Shown one piece after another: positions 50,332-62,256 of a stretch of DNA of 64,000 nucleotides. The position numbers and the translations under genes are program-made. How positions within the stretch are numbered: the first letter of the stretch is position 1; the number at the start of each line of letters is the position of its first letter. The stretch comes from Acidiferrobacterales bacterium. Its GTDB lineage: Bacteria; Pseudomonadota; Gammaproteobacteria; Acidiferrobacterales; SZUA-150. Below the pieces are notes generated by a model that was not told where the DNA came from, made no database searches, and was given only the letters and a program-made list of their open reading frames with translations. The stretch is from assembly GCA_947258385.1 (NCBI GenBank), contig CAMYII010000052.1, positions 6,642-70,641 on the forward strand, given 5' to 3'.

Positions 50332-51162
50332 ATGAAAAACAAAACCATCGGTTTTATCGGTGCCGGCAATATGGCACGCAGCCTGGCTGGCGGTCTATTG
50401 GCCAATGGCTGGGACAGGTCACGGATCCTGCTGGCCGATCCCGACGCCGGCCAGCGCCAGACCATGAAGGAGCTTCTGGGGCTCGCCGCTTACGCCGACA
50501 ACGGCGCGGTCACCAGCCAGGCCGATGTCCTGCTGCTGGCCATTAAACCGCAGATCCTGAAATCCGTCGCCATGGAACTGGCGCCAGCGGTCCAGGAAAA
50601 GCAGCCACTTGTCATCTCTATCGCCGCCGGTATCCGCACCACGGACCTGCAACGCTGGCTCGGCGGAAAACAGGCCATCGTGCGGGCGATGCCCAATACC
50701 GCCGCCCTGATTGGCTCTGGCGCCACTGGGATGATCGCCAACGACCGGGTCGATGCAGGCGGTCGTGATGAGGCCGAGAGCATTCTGCGGTCTGTCGGGA
50801 TCGCCGTGTGGGTCAAAAACGAAGACCAGCTCGACGTCGTGACAGCGCTCTCCGGCAGCGGTCCGGCGTATTTTTTCCTGCTGATGGAGGCACTGGAGCA
50901 GGCCGCGGTCGAACATGGCCTCGGCCGGGAAACGGCCCGCCTGCTCACCCTGGAAACCGCCTTTGGGGCGGCTAAGATGGCATTGGAAGGCGGAGAGGAA
51001 CCGGCGCAGTTGCGGCGCCGGGTCACCTCGCCCGGCGGCACCACCGAGCGGGCGATCACGGTCCTGGAGGATGCCGGCATCCATGCGGCGCTTCGCAGGG
51101 CCGTCACCGCCGCGGTGGAGCGCTCGCGTGAACTGGCTGATATGTTTGGGGGTGAGCAATGA
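50332..51162 (+). CDS. proC: Pyrroline-5-carboxylate reductase
   Basis: IGFIGAGNMA, RAMPNT, ALSGSGPAY, VTSPGGTT. Confidence 0.97.
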   Translation: MKNKTIGFIGAGNMARSLAGGLLANGWDRSRILLADPDAGQRQTMKELLGLAAYADNGAVTSQADVLLLAIKPQILKSVAMELAPAVQEKQPLVISIAAGIRTTDLQRWLGGKQAIVRAMPNTAALIGSGATGMIANDRVDAGGRDEAESILRSVGIAVWVKNEDQLDVVTALSGSGPAYFFLLMEALEQAAVEHGLGRETARLLTLETAFGAAKMALEGGEEPAQLRRRVTSPGGTTERAITVLEDAGIHAALRRAVTAAVERSRELADMFGGEQ

Positions 51163-51737
51163 CTAATCCATTGGGACAGGCAATTGTGTACCTGATCCAG
51201 GTAGTGTTTGGCCTCTATATACTCGCGGTCATGCTGCGTTTTTTGTTCCAGTTGGTGCGCGCGGACTTCTACAACCCCATCTCCCAGGCCATCGTAAAGA
51301 TCACCAACCTGCCGTTAATCCAGCTACGACGCCTGATACCCGGTCTGTGGGGCGTTGATCTCGCATCAGTGGCGTTGTTACTGGCGCTGCAGGCGCTGGA
51401 AGTATTTCTTGTCGTGCTGATAAAGGATGGCTACGCCGGGCATCCATGGGGTTTGGTGGTTTTGTCATTGGCGCAACTGCTGCGCATGGCCATTTATATC
51501 TTTATTGTCGCCATGATCATCCGCATCGTTATCAGCTGGATCAACCCCGCGGCCGGCTACAATCCGGTGGTGGGTCTGCTCGCAAGCCTGACCGAGCCGC
51601 TGATGCGTCCCGCGCGGCAGATCATCCCTCCCGTATCGGGGCTGGACCTGTCACCCCTCATTGTATTCGTCGTGCTGCAGCTCATCTTAATCCTTCTGAT
51701 TCGACCGCTTGGCCAGATCGGCGCGGCGCTGCTATGA
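51159..51737 (+). CDS. yggT: YggT family membrane protein
   Basis: RADFYNPISQ, two YGGT repeats (LTEPL..P.R.IIP..GLDLSP). Confidence 0.93.
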   Translation: MTNPLGQAIVYLIQVVFGLYILAVMLRFLFQLVRADFYNPISQAIVKITNLPLIQLRRLIPGLWGVDLASVALLLALQALEVFLVVLIKDGYAGHPWGLVVLSLAQLLRMAIYIFIVAMIIRIVISWINPAAGYNPVVGLLASLTEPLMRPARQIIPPVSGLDLSPLIVFVVLQLILILLIRPLGQIGAALL

Positions 51738-52042
51738 ATTCGCCCGCAGCGCGCTGGTACCACTGGAACGCCGATGACCTCATTGTCCGGGTCCGGGTCC
51801 AGCCCCGTGCCGGTCGTGACGAACTCGCCGATGTGGTCGGCGATCACCTGAAAGTGCGGATTGCGGCGCCACCCGTGGACGGCGAAGCCAACGATCAGCT
51901 GCTGCGCTTCATGGCCAAACAGTTCGGGCTGCCTAAAAAACAGGTGCTTCTGCTGCAGGGGCAGAAGGGCAAAACCAAGGCGCTGTGCCTGCGCTGCCCA
52001 CAAAAGGTCCCGCCAGGGCTTGACGTCACCCGTCCCGGCTGA
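51734..52042 (+). CDS. yggU: DUF167 / YggU family protein
   Basis: VRVQPRA, LKVRIAAPPVDGEAN; ATG overlaps the yggT stop. Confidence 0.9.
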   Translation: MNSPAARWYHWNADDLIVRVRVQPRAGRDELADVVGDHLKVRIAAPPVDGEANDQLLRFMAKQFGLPKKQVLLLQGQKGKTKALCLRCPQKVPPGLDVTRPG

Positions 52043-52418
52043 GTCGCGCGGAAACCCGGGGCTGCGGATGTGACTTCGCGTCTGTTGGCGCCCGATTCCG
52101 CAACACGCTGTAGTGGTCGGCGACCACGGCTGCCGGGCAGCGCCAACCGGTTTTTTGTCCTAGAATCTGAATAGAACTACGGGGTCTTTGTGTACCACGG
52201 CACGGTTCTGGTCTAGACTTAAGACAAAGCATCATTAAACTAACTTAACTTTATGAATTGCTGATATATTTATTGTCAGCAGCGGCATGCAGATCTGGCA
52301 CATGGGGGCCGAACAAGATTTCTTGGCCAACCCAATTCAAGCGCTCCGCCTGTTTGCCCGCTTCCGCCTTATGCGCGAAAGATGATATTTTTCATAATTA
52401 CTGATTTTGGGTGCGGGA

Positions 52419-54392
52419 ATGACACAAAAGGGCATCGAAAAACACTTTGCGGCCTACAGCGACTGGCGGCGGATGCTTGCCGATGCCATCGGCGATTTCC
52501 GATCGTGGCTCCAGCAGCAAGAACTGAGCGAGGCCCGGATCGAGCAGCGCCTGGACTACATTCTAACCACGCTGCGCGATGACAAACTGTATATCGCCTT
52601 CATCGCAGAGTTCTCGCGCGGCAAATCCGAGCTGATCAACGCCATCTTCTTTGCCAATTTCGGCCAGCGCATCCTGCCGTCCAATGCAGGACGCACAACG
52701 ATGTGCCCCACCGAGTTGCTATATGATTCCGGGAGCCGGCCGTCGCTTCGACTGTTGCCGATCGAAACCCGCCGCAATGGCACAACCGTCGCCGAATACA
52801 AGGGCTTCGAGGACGAGTGGAAAACCATCAACCTCGACACCAAAACCCCGGAGAAAATGATCGAAGCCCTGAAGCACATCGTCGAGATCAAGGAAGTCGA
52901 GCCCAAGGAAGCGCAGAGTCTGGGTCTGCACGTGGCCGAGGACGAAACCCAGCAGGGCATGCTCAAGACCGAGGAGGGGAAGGTCGAAATCCCCAGGTGG
53001 CGTCACGCGATTATCAATTACCCGCATCCCTTGTTGGACAAAGGCCTGGTGATCCTCGATACACCCGGGCTCAATGCCCTTGGCGCCGAGCCGGAACTTA
53101 CCTTGAACCTGCTGCCCAGCGCGCACGCGGTGCTGTTCATCCTTGCCGCCGACACCGGCGTGACCAAGACGGATATCCAGGTCTGGCACGACCACATTGG
53201 TGACGGCAAGAGCGGTGCGGGAAAAGGGCGTATCGTGGTGCTGAATAAGATCGACGGCTTATGGGACGAGCTGCGCGACTGGGATGAAGTGCAACGGGAG
53301 ATCGACCGACAAATCCGCGAGACAGCAAAAATCCTGCGCATTCCGGATCAGAACGTCTATCCCGTCTCCGCCCAGAAAGGCCTGCTCGGCAAGATCAAGG
53401 GCAACAAGAAAATACTGGAGCGCAGCCGGATCCTGGCGCTGGAAGAGGCCCTGGGCAAGGAGATTGTCCCCAATAAGCAGGAGATCGTCAGCGACAATAT
53501 CGAGGATGATCTCAATAATATCATCAAGGCGATACGCATCCTCATCACCCAGCGCCTGAAAGGCGTCTATGAGCACGTCCAGGAGCTAAGCGGCCTCAAC
53601 GGCAAAAACCTTGACGTCATCGAGCATATGATGAAAAAGGTCAAGGCAGACAAGGACGTCTTCGAGAAAAGCATGCAGCGCTTCCAGGCCACACGCAGCA
53701 TCTTCTCCCAGCAGACCAACGTGCTCTACGGCCAGTTGAACCTCAAAAGCCTGGACAAGGTCATTGCCGAGACGAAGAAGGACATGAGAATCAGCATGAC
53801 CACCGGCGGGCTGAAGACGTGCATGCAGAATTTCTTCAAATACGCCATGGTCACCATGGAAGGGGTGTCAAAGCAGGCCCGCGAGATTAAGGAGCTGATG
53901 GAAGGGGTCTACAAGAAATTCCAGAAAGAACACGGCCTTACCAACATCAAACCGAGCAATTTTTCGGTCATGCGCTACGAGCGGGAGATCAAGCGGCTGC
54001 AGGACAGGCACGACCAGTTCGTCAAGGGCCTGTCCTTACTGATAACCGAGCAAAAGACATTGACCAATAAGTTCTTCGAATCATCCGTCGCCAAGGTCCG
54101 GGCCATTTTCAAGATGGCCAACAAAGACGCCGACAACTGGCTGAAGACGATCATGTCGCCGATGGAATCCCAGGTGCGCGAGCACCAGATCCAGCTGCGC
54201 CGGCGGCTGGAGAGCATCAAGCGCATTCACCAGGCCAGCGATACCCTGGAGGACCGGCTGCAGGAGCTCGAACACATCCGTGACGGGATTCGCGAGCAGG
54301 AAAAGGCCATGGAGAACCGGGTGGATGCCATCCTGCGATCGCTCAAAAAAGGCAGTGGCGGGGGCTCGTCATTGACCCGGGAAAGCGCCTGA
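52419..54392 (+). CDS. Bacterial dynamin-like GTPase
   Basis: G1 AEFSRGKS, G2 RTT, G3 DTPG, G4 NKID; long helical C-terminal region. Confidence 0.88.
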   Translation: MTQKGIEKHFAAYSDWRRMLADAIGDFRSWLQQQELSEARIEQRLDYILTTLRDDKLYIAFIAEFSRGKSELINAIFFANFGQRILPSNAGRTTMCPTELLYDSGSRPSLRLLPIETRRNGTTVAEYKGFEDEWKTINLDTKTPEKMIEALKHIVEIKEVEPKEAQSLGLHVAEDETQQGMLKTEEGKVEIPRWRHAIINYPHPLLDKGLVILDTPGLNALGAEPELTLNLLPSAHAVLFILAADTGVTKTDIQVWHDHIGDGKSGAGKGRIVVLNKIDGLWDELRDWDEVQREIDRQIRETAKILRIPDQNVYPVSAQKGLLGKIKGNKKILERSRILALEEALGKEIVPNKQEIVSDNIEDDLNNIIKAIRILITQRLKGVYEHVQELSGLNGKNLDVIEHMMKKVKADKDVFEKSMQRFQATRSIFSQQTNVLYGQLNLKSLDKVIAETKKDMRISMTTGGLKTCMQNFFKYAMVTMEGVSKQAREIKELMEGVYKKFQKEHGLTNIKPSNFSVMRYEREIKRLQDRHDQFVKGLSLLITEQKTLTNKFFESSVAKVRAIFKMANKDADNWLKTIMSPMESQVREHQIQLRRRLESIKRIHQASDTLEDRLQELEHIRDGIREQEKAMENRVDAILRSLKKGSGGGSSLTRESA

Positions 54393-54512
54393 ATTGGTCC
54401 CCACGACCGCTCACGCGGGCGCCTACTTCGGCGAAAACAGCACACTGAACCTCACCAGTTGAATTTTCTTACAGCGGGCACGGGATCGGGCTGCCGCCGG
54501 CAGCGGCGACGG

Positions 54513-56063
54513 CTATTTGACTTGTGCCAGGCCTTCACCCCGCGGATCGCTGGCCGCCTGTAGACGGTTTGCTTTTTTGTCCCAGTACACGGCTTGCATA
54601 TTGCCATAGCCGACCTCGCCGCGACCGTGGGCAAATTCCAGCGCGGCCAGCAAGACCATGGTAATGATGCGGCTGCCCCCGGGCGTTCCCAATACGACGA
54701 CGGCATCCTCGCTTTCCAGAAACGTCGGCGTCATGCTGGACAGCGGCCGCTTGCCGGGGACGATCGCATTGGCCCGGCTGCCGACGAGCCCGTAGACGTT
54801 CGGCACACCCGGCTTAATGACAAAATCATCCATTTCATTGTTGAGCACGACACCGGTACCCGGGGGCATAAAAGCGGAACCGAATGGATAGTTGATGCTC
54901 AGCGTGGCCGCCACCCGGTTGCCTGCCCGGTCGATGACGGAAAAATGACTGGTATCCTGCCCTGTCCCCCCGGCCGAAGGCATATCCGCCCCAAGGCCGG
55001 TGCTTGCGTTGGCTCGCCCGGGATCGATCAGACCCCGCAAGCCGTCCGCATAAGCCTGCGACAACAAGCGCTCGATAGGCGCATCGATATAATCGGGGTC
55101 GCCCAGAAAGCGGGCGCGGTCGCGATACGCCAGACGCATGGCCTCGATGACAAGGTGACGGCGCTGCCAGCTTGGCAGACCGTCGAGCGAAAAACCGCCG
55201 AGGATATTCAACATTTCCACCAACACAATACCGCCCGAAGACGGCGGGGCCGCGGAGGTAATGCGAATGCCGCGATAGCGCCCCTGCACCGGCCGCCGCT
55301 CCACTACGCGGTACTGTTGCAGATCCTTGAGCGTCCAGATTCCCCCGGCCTGGCGCACGCCCCGCACCAGGCGCCTGGCGACCACCCCGTCGTAGAACCC
55401 GCGCTTGCCCCTTTGAGCCAACTGTCTCAGGGTCGCCGCAAGCTCTGGCTGGGGGATGAGCGCACCCTCCGGCGGCACCTCACCATCGGCCAGAAATACC
55501 TTGGCCGCGGCCGGCGAGCGCCGTAACGCCTTCCGGCGCAACTGCGCCAGACGCTGATAACGCGGGCTCACGGCAAAGCCCTGTTCGGCGTAGTGGATGG
55601 CCGGGGCCAGGTTAACTGCAAGCGGCAGCCGGCCGTAGCGCTCGGCCAGATACACCAGGACCGCCGGTGTCCCGGGAATGGCGGCCGCCAGCGCCCCGTC
55701 CAAGGACGCGCGCGGGATAGGAACACCGTGGTGGTCGAGATACATATCGGCGGCGGCGGCGGCGGGCGCTTTCTCCCGGCCGTCAATCATGGTGTCACGA
55801 TCATCGGCGGCACGATGCAGCAGCCAGAAGCCGCCGCCGCCCAGGCCCGACCCCATGGGCTCGACCACGGCCAGCGCCGCGGTAATTGCCACCGCGGCAT
55901 CGAAGGCGTTACCACCGTGGGCCAGCACTTCATGTCCGGCGCGGGTCGCAAGCGGGTGGGCGCTCGCGATCGCGGCCGGCGGCGGCGACGCCGCCAGTGC
56001 CGCCCCCGGCGGTAGGACGAACCACCAGCAGGCGAGGGAGTACGCCAGCATCCTGATGGCCAT
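54513..56063 (-). CDS. ggt: Gamma-glutamyltransferase (apparent in-frame deletion in small subunit)
   Basis: GGNAFDAA, SGLGGGGF, DGREKAP, PPSSGG, catalytic T in DTSHFS, SSMTP, GTPGGSRI, DPR. Start uncertain. Confidence 0.9.
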   Translation of the reverse strand: MAIRMLAYSLACWWFVLPPGAALAASPPPAAIASAHPLATRAGHEVLAHGGNAFDAAVAITAALAVVEPMGSGLGGGGFWLLHRAADDRDTMIDGREKAPAAAAADMYLDHHGVPIPRASLDGALAAAIPGTPAVLVYLAERYGRLPLAVNLAPAIHYAEQGFAVSPRYQRLAQLRRKALRRSPAAAKVFLADGEVPPEGALIPQPELAATLRQLAQRGKRGFYDGVVARRLVRGVRQAGGIWTLKDLQQYRVVERRPVQGRYRGIRITSAAPPSSGGIVLVEMLNILGGFSLDGLPSWQRRHLVIEAMRLAYRDRARFLGDPDYIDAPIERLLSQAYADGLRGLIDPGRANASTGLGADMPSAGGTGQDTSHFSVIDRAGNRVAATLSINYPFGSAFMPPGTGVVLNNEMDDFVIKPGVPNVYGLVGSRANAIVPGKRPLSSMTPTFLESEDAVVVLGTPGGSRIITMVLLAALEFAHGRGEVGYGNMQAVYWDKKANRLQAASDPRGEGLAQVK

Positions 56064-56213
56064 GCGGCCGGTAAACGGCTGTCGCCACCACCGAGACCGG
56101 CGCCGGCCGCGCCCCGGAATCGAGGTCAGGGCAGGGCGCGCCGGTCTCGGGTCTACCATGCCGGGAGGGGATTTCATCTTAGTGTGCGCGCCATGCATCG
56201 AGAGGCCGAAACC

Positions 56214-56238
56214 AAAAAAAGCGGCATCCGCCGCTTTT
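56214..56238 (-). terminator. Intrinsic terminator after yfhL
   Basis: AAAAAAAGCGGC-atcc-GCCGCTTTT. Confidence 0.75.
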
Positions 56239-56260
56239 CTGGTCTCTGCGTGAAGCTCGC

Positions 56261-56539
<279 letters not shown>

Positions 56540-56560
56540 TCAGGATTGATACCGGCAATG

Positions 56561-57649
<1,089 letters not shown>

Positions 57650-57669
<20 letters not shown>

Positions 57670-58954
57670 CCACAGTCACGAGCTTGTCGGGATCGATGCG
57701 GCGGCGGAAGGCATCACGGATCTGTGCGGCGGTGACCGCCTGGACCGCCGGGATAAAGTCTTCCAGATAGCTCAGCGGCAAGTCATAGAAGCCGATCACG
57801 GCGAGGTATCCAACGATGTTCTGATTGCTGTCGATACGCAACGGAAATCCGCCCGTCAGGTTTTTCTGCACCGCGAGCAGTTCCTCTTCGGTGGGTCCGT
57901 TGTCTATGAATTCCTGCAGGGTCGTGCGCACCAGAGTTAAGGCCTTGTCACGTTCCGCGTTCCGCGTCTGCAAGCCCATTGTGAATGGTCCCTCGACGCG
58001 CATAGGCGCGAAATAACTGTAAACGCTGTACGACAATCCGCGCTTCTCCCGGATCTCTTCGGACAGGCGCGACACCAGTCCGCCCCCGCCCAGGATATGA
58101 TTGCCTATATAGAGCGGAAAATAATCCGGATCCTTGCGATGCATGCCTGGCTGGCCCAGGCGCAAGTGGGTCTGCGTGGAGGGAAACTCCATGCGCTGTT
58201 CAACGGCACTGTCTGGGCGCAAGACCTCAGGTAGCGCGGCCGCCGGCCTCCCCCGGGGCAGCCGGCCGGCCAGACGTCGGGCGAGGCGCTTTGCCCGCCG
58301 CGGGCTGAGATCACCGACCATCGCCAATACGGCATTGGCGCCGACGTAATATTCCCGGTGGTGTCGCACCAGGTCCTCGCGCGTAAGGGCTTTGAGCCCC
58401 TGCTCATCGCCGGCCGGATGATGCGCGTAGGGGTGTGAGCCGTAAAGCACCCGGAAGAAGGTCTTCTCAGCGACCGCGGCCGGCGATTCGGCCTCCTGGC
58501 GCAACGCGACCAGCGCGCGCTGCCGTTCCCGTTCCAGGCTGGACGCGGGGAAGGTCGGGGCCAATAGAATATCGCGCAATACACCAACCGCGGGCTTCAG
58601 CAACTCCGCCTGCGAGAGACTGCGCAGATTCAACAGTGTCATGTCCCGCTTACTGGACACGCTGAACTGGACCCCGCGATCTTCAAAGGAGCGCGCGATG
58701 CCATCCGCATCCCTATTTCCCGCGCCTTCTTTCAGCATCGCGGCAGTCATCCTGGCAAGCCCGTTCCTGCCCGCGGGATCACGGGCACTGCCTGCGTCAA
58801 ATACGACGCTGATCTGCAGCATCGGCAGTTCGTGGCTCTCAACGAAATAAACACGCACCCCGTTATCGAGGGTCCAGTGCTGAATGTCGGGCGAGGCGAG
58901 AGCGCCGGCGCTCGCCCACAGCAGGCAGAGCAGAACGAGGCGTTTAACGCTCAT
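57650..58954 (-). CDS. M16 peptidase, non-catalytic subunit
   Basis: Signal peptide, FDAGS.RD, no HxxEH, LGGGG..SRL...IREKRGL.Y. Confidence 0.9.
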
Positions 58955-60323
58955 CGAATCCTCCTTCAACGGGTTTGCGTTGCTCTTGTTGGTTGATCGG
59001 CTGAGGATCGAGCACAGTCCTTGTTAAGTTGGATTCCACCAGGTATTTCCTGGCGACCGCCTGCACCTGCGCGGCCGTAACCTTGTTGACCCGCCGCACG
59101 TAGCTGTCAATCATCCTGTGATCCAGTCCGACCGTTTCCAACTTACCGATGCGCATGGCCTGGGAAAACACCGAATCGCGACCGAAGACATCCGCGGCCA
59201 CCACTTGTGCCTTGACCCGTTTGAGTTCGGCCTCACTGATCCGCTCCTTTTGTAGGCGTTTGAGCTGTGCCTGGATCGCCTGTTCCAGCTCATCGATGCC
59301 ATGGCCCTTGGCCGGCGTACCGTCGATCATGAACAGGGTCGGGGCGCGCCCGGTGGCGCCATAGGATACATCGGTCTGCGCCGCGACCTGTTGACCTCTG
59401 ACCAGGTCACTGGCGAAACGCGCGCTGTTGCCGCCATCCAGCACGCCGGCCAACACGCTCAATGCATACGCCTCCCAGTCGTCGTCACCGCCGCCGCTTA
59501 ACACCGGGACGTGGTAACCCATGATCAGATAGGGCAGCTCCGCCGGCGCCGACACGCGGCTGCCGCGCAATGCTTTTTGCTGGGGTTCTGCCGGGAGCAC
59601 GGCGGGATTGAGCGAGCTCGGCTCCAACGGGCCGAAGTATTTCTCAGCCAGGGCGAATACCTCTTTGGGCTCAACATCGCCCACGACCACAAGGGTGGCG
59701 TTGTTGGGCGCATACCAGCGTTGGTACCAGTCTTGCAGCGCCTTGACGGTCAACCCTTGCAGATCGTCCATCCAGCCGATGATCGGATCCTTATAGGGGT
59801 GGACCCGGTAGGCCGTGGCCATGAATTTTTCATAGGCCAGCGCCTGCGGTTGGTCTTCGGTGCGCAGGCGCCGCTCTTCCATCACCACCTGCAGCTCCTT
59901 GCGGAACTCCTGTTCGTTAAGTTGCAGGTTGCGCATGCGATCGGCCTCCAGCTCGAAACTGATCGGCAGGCGCGACTTCTCCAATTGCTGAAAATAGGCG
60001 GTATAATCGCGACCCGTGAAGGCATTCTCGCGCCCGCCGTTCTCGGCGATAATGCGTGAGAACTCACCCGGCTCCAGCCGGCGGGTGCCCTTGAACATCA
60101 TGTGTTCCAACACATGCGAAATACCCGTCAGACCGCTGGGTTCGTCGATGGCGCCGACCTTGTACCAGATCTGCGAGACCACCACCGGTGCGCGGTGGTC
60201 CTTGCCGACAATGACTTTGAGGCCGTTGTCGAGGGTGGTTTCCTGTACGACGGGGCCCTTGGTGCAAGCGCCGGCCAACGCCACGCTGAGCAGGCCAATT
60301 ATCGGTAATACGTTTTTTATCAT
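58944..60323 (-). CDS. M16 zinc peptidase, catalytic subunit
   Basis: LDNGL.V, HVLEHMMFKGT (HxxEH), NAFT..D.T.Y, EERR.R; lipobox-like LAGAC. Confidence 0.93.
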   Translation of the reverse strand: MIKNVLPIIGLLSVALAGACTKGPVVQETTLDNGLKVIVGKDHRAPVVVSQIWYKVGAIDEPSGLTGISHVLEHMMFKGTRRLEPGEFSRIIAENGGRENAFTGRDYTAYFQQLEKSRLPISFELEADRMRNLQLNEQEFRKELQVVMEERRLRTEDQPQALAYEKFMATAYRVHPYKDPIIGWMDDLQGLTVKALQDWYQRWYAPNNATLVVVGDVEPKEVFALAEKYFGPLEPSSLNPAVLPAEPQQKALRGSRVSAPAELPYLIMGYHVPVLSGGGDDDWEAYALSVLAGVLDGGNSARFASDLVRGQQVAAQTDVSYGATGRAPTLFMIDGTPAKGHGIDELEQAIQAQLKRLQKERISEAELKRVKAQVVAADVFGRDSVFSQAMRIGKLETVGLDHRMIDSYVRRVNKVTAAQVQAVARKYLVESNLTRTVLDPQPINQQEQRKPVEGGFDER

Positions 60324-60461
60324 CAGGCTTCCTTTAACCATACTTCTCACCAATGCTAGGATAACGCAGTTGGTGGATTAAGGAAGCCCTGATTGACTCA
60401 GAGCTTCCGGTCGTTCACGAACTGCCTTTTTCAGTCGCTTCTTACAATATAACGATGCTTT

Positions 60462-61424
60462 ATGACCCATTCTCATACCAGAAAGTTCGACGAGGCCCGG
60501 CGCGGGGTGATGGGCCGGCTGACGGCCAAGCTCGGCGCGACGCGCGATGCCTTCGGCCGCGGCCTGGGTGACTTGCTGCTCGGCAGGCGGGAACTCGATG
60601 ATGAACTGATCGAGGCGCTCGAGGCGCTGCTGTTGACGGCCGATGCCGGCATCGAGGTCACGCAGGAAATCATCGAGACCGTTACCGAGCAGATAGCGCG
60701 CAGGCAACTGGCCGACAGCGCTGCGGTCTACGCACTGGTCAGACGGCGCCTGGGCGAGATCCTGCAGCCCTGCGCCCTTCCCTTGACCATCGCGAAGGAA
60801 TGCGCGCCTTTTGTCATCATGGTAGTGGGCGTCAACGGCGTAGGCAAGACCACTACCATCGGCAAGCTGGTACATCGGTTCAAAACTGAGGGCTACAAAA
60901 CCATGCTTGCCGCCGCCGACACCTTCCGCGCCGCCGCCGTTGAGCAATTGCAGGTATGGGGTGAGCGCAACGATGTACCGGTGATTGCGCAGCAGACCGG
61001 GGCGGATGCCGCCGCCGTGACCCACGACGCCGTACAGGCGGCGAAGGCCCGTGGCACGGATATCCTGATAGTGGACACCGCCGGGCGACAGCACACACAT
61101 GTTGATCTCATGCAGGAGCTGAAGAAGATCAAGCGCGTGATCGCAAAGATTGATGCGAACGCCCCGCATGAGGTGTTGATGGTGCTGGATGCCGGCACCG
61201 GGCAGAACGCCTTATCCCAGTTGCATCATTTTAATGAGGCCGTCGGCATCACCGGTCTCTGTCTCACCAAGCTCGACGGTACCGCCAAGGGCGGCATTCT
61301 GCTGGCCATCGCCAGAGATACAAGGCTGCCGATCCGCTTTATTGGCCTGGGCGAGGACCTGGACGATCTGCGTCAGTTCGACGCACAGGAGTTTGTCGAT
61401 GCCCTAATGCCTGAACAACAGTAG
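60462..61424 (+). CDS. ftsY: SRP receptor FtsY
   Basis: GVNGVGKTT, DTFRAAA, DTAGR, TKLDGTAKGG. Confidence 0.97.
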   Translation: MTHSHTRKFDEARRGVMGRLTAKLGATRDAFGRGLGDLLLGRRELDDELIEALEALLLTADAGIEVTQEIIETVTEQIARRQLADSAAVYALVRRRLGEILQPCALPLTIAKECAPFVIMVVGVNGVGKTTTIGKLVHRFKTEGYKTMLAAADTFRAAAVEQLQVWGERNDVPVIAQQTGADAAAVTHDAVQAAKARGTDILIVDTAGRQHTHVDLMQELKKIKRVIAKIDANAPHEVLMVLDAGTGQNALSQLHHFNEAVGITGLCLTKLDGTAKGGILLAIARDTRLPIRFIGLGEDLDDLRQFDAQEFVDALMPEQQ

Positions 61425-61583
61425 CAAGTTTCAAGATTCAAGTAGCAAGAATTCAAAACAGCCGTGCTGTAGCCAGTTTTTTCTTGCTACTTGCTACTTG
61501 CTACTTGTCACTAGCAACTTGTCACTAGCAACTTGTCACTTGTATCTTGTATCTGAATTTTTTGTATCTTGTATCTGAATTTT
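61420..61583. repeat. Inverted heptamer arrays plus a 22-bp tandem duplication, ftsY-ftsE spacer
   Basis: AGTAGCAAGTTTCAAGATTCAAGTAGCAAG ... (CTTGCTA)3, CTTGTCA/CTAGCAA units, then (TTGTATCTTGTATCTGAATTTT)2. Confidence 0.88.
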
Positions 61584-61584
61584 T

Positions 61585-62256
61585 ATGATTCATTTCAGCA
61601 ATGTCTTCAAACGCTACGAGAGCGGCTACGATGCGCTCAGAGGCGTCAACTTTCACCTGGAGCGCGAAGAGATGGCGTTTCTTACCGGCCATTCCGGCGC
61701 CGGCAAGAGCACTTTATTGAAGCTCATCACTCTGATCGAGCGCCCCAGCCGGGGTCACTGTGTCGTCAACAGCAAGAACCTACTGAAGCTGCCCCGCTGG
61801 CGCATTCCCTATTTCCGCCGCGACATCGGCTTTGTGTTTCAGGACCACAGGCTGCTGTTCGATCGTACGGTGTTCGACAACGTGGCCCTGCCCCTGGTCG
61901 TGTCCGGCGGCAACTACAAGGAAACCGTGCGGCGCGTGCACGCGGCCCTGGACAAGGTCGGCCTGCTCAACAAAGAAAAGATGTACCCGATCACGCTCTC
62001 CGGCGGTGAACAACAACGCGTGGGCATCGCCCGGGCGGTGGTCAACAAACCGCCCTTGTTGCTGGCGGACGAGCCGACCGGGAATCTCGATGAGGCCCTT
62101 TCCGATGAGCTGATCGACCTGTTTCAGGACTTCAATCACCATGGCGTGACCGTGCTGATTGCGACTCATGATCTGCGTCAGGTGCGCCGTCTGGACAGAC
62201 GTGTGCTGCAATTGGCGCAGGGGCAACTCATCTACGACAGCATCGCCGACGCCTGA
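61585..62256 (+). CDS. ftsE: Cell division ATP-binding protein FtsE
   Basis: [39 protein letters not shown]. Confidence 0.97.
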   Translation: MIHFSNVFKRYESGYDALRGVNFHLEREEMAFLTGHSGAGKSTLLKLITLIERPSRGHCVVNSKNLLKLPRWRIPYFRRDIGFVFQDHRLLFDRTVFDNVALPLVVSGGNYKETVRRVHAALDKVGLLNKEKMYPITLSGGEQQRVGIARAVVNKPPLLLADEPTGNLDEALSDELIDLFQDFNHHGVTVLIATHDLRQVRRLDRRVLQLAQGQLIYDSIADA

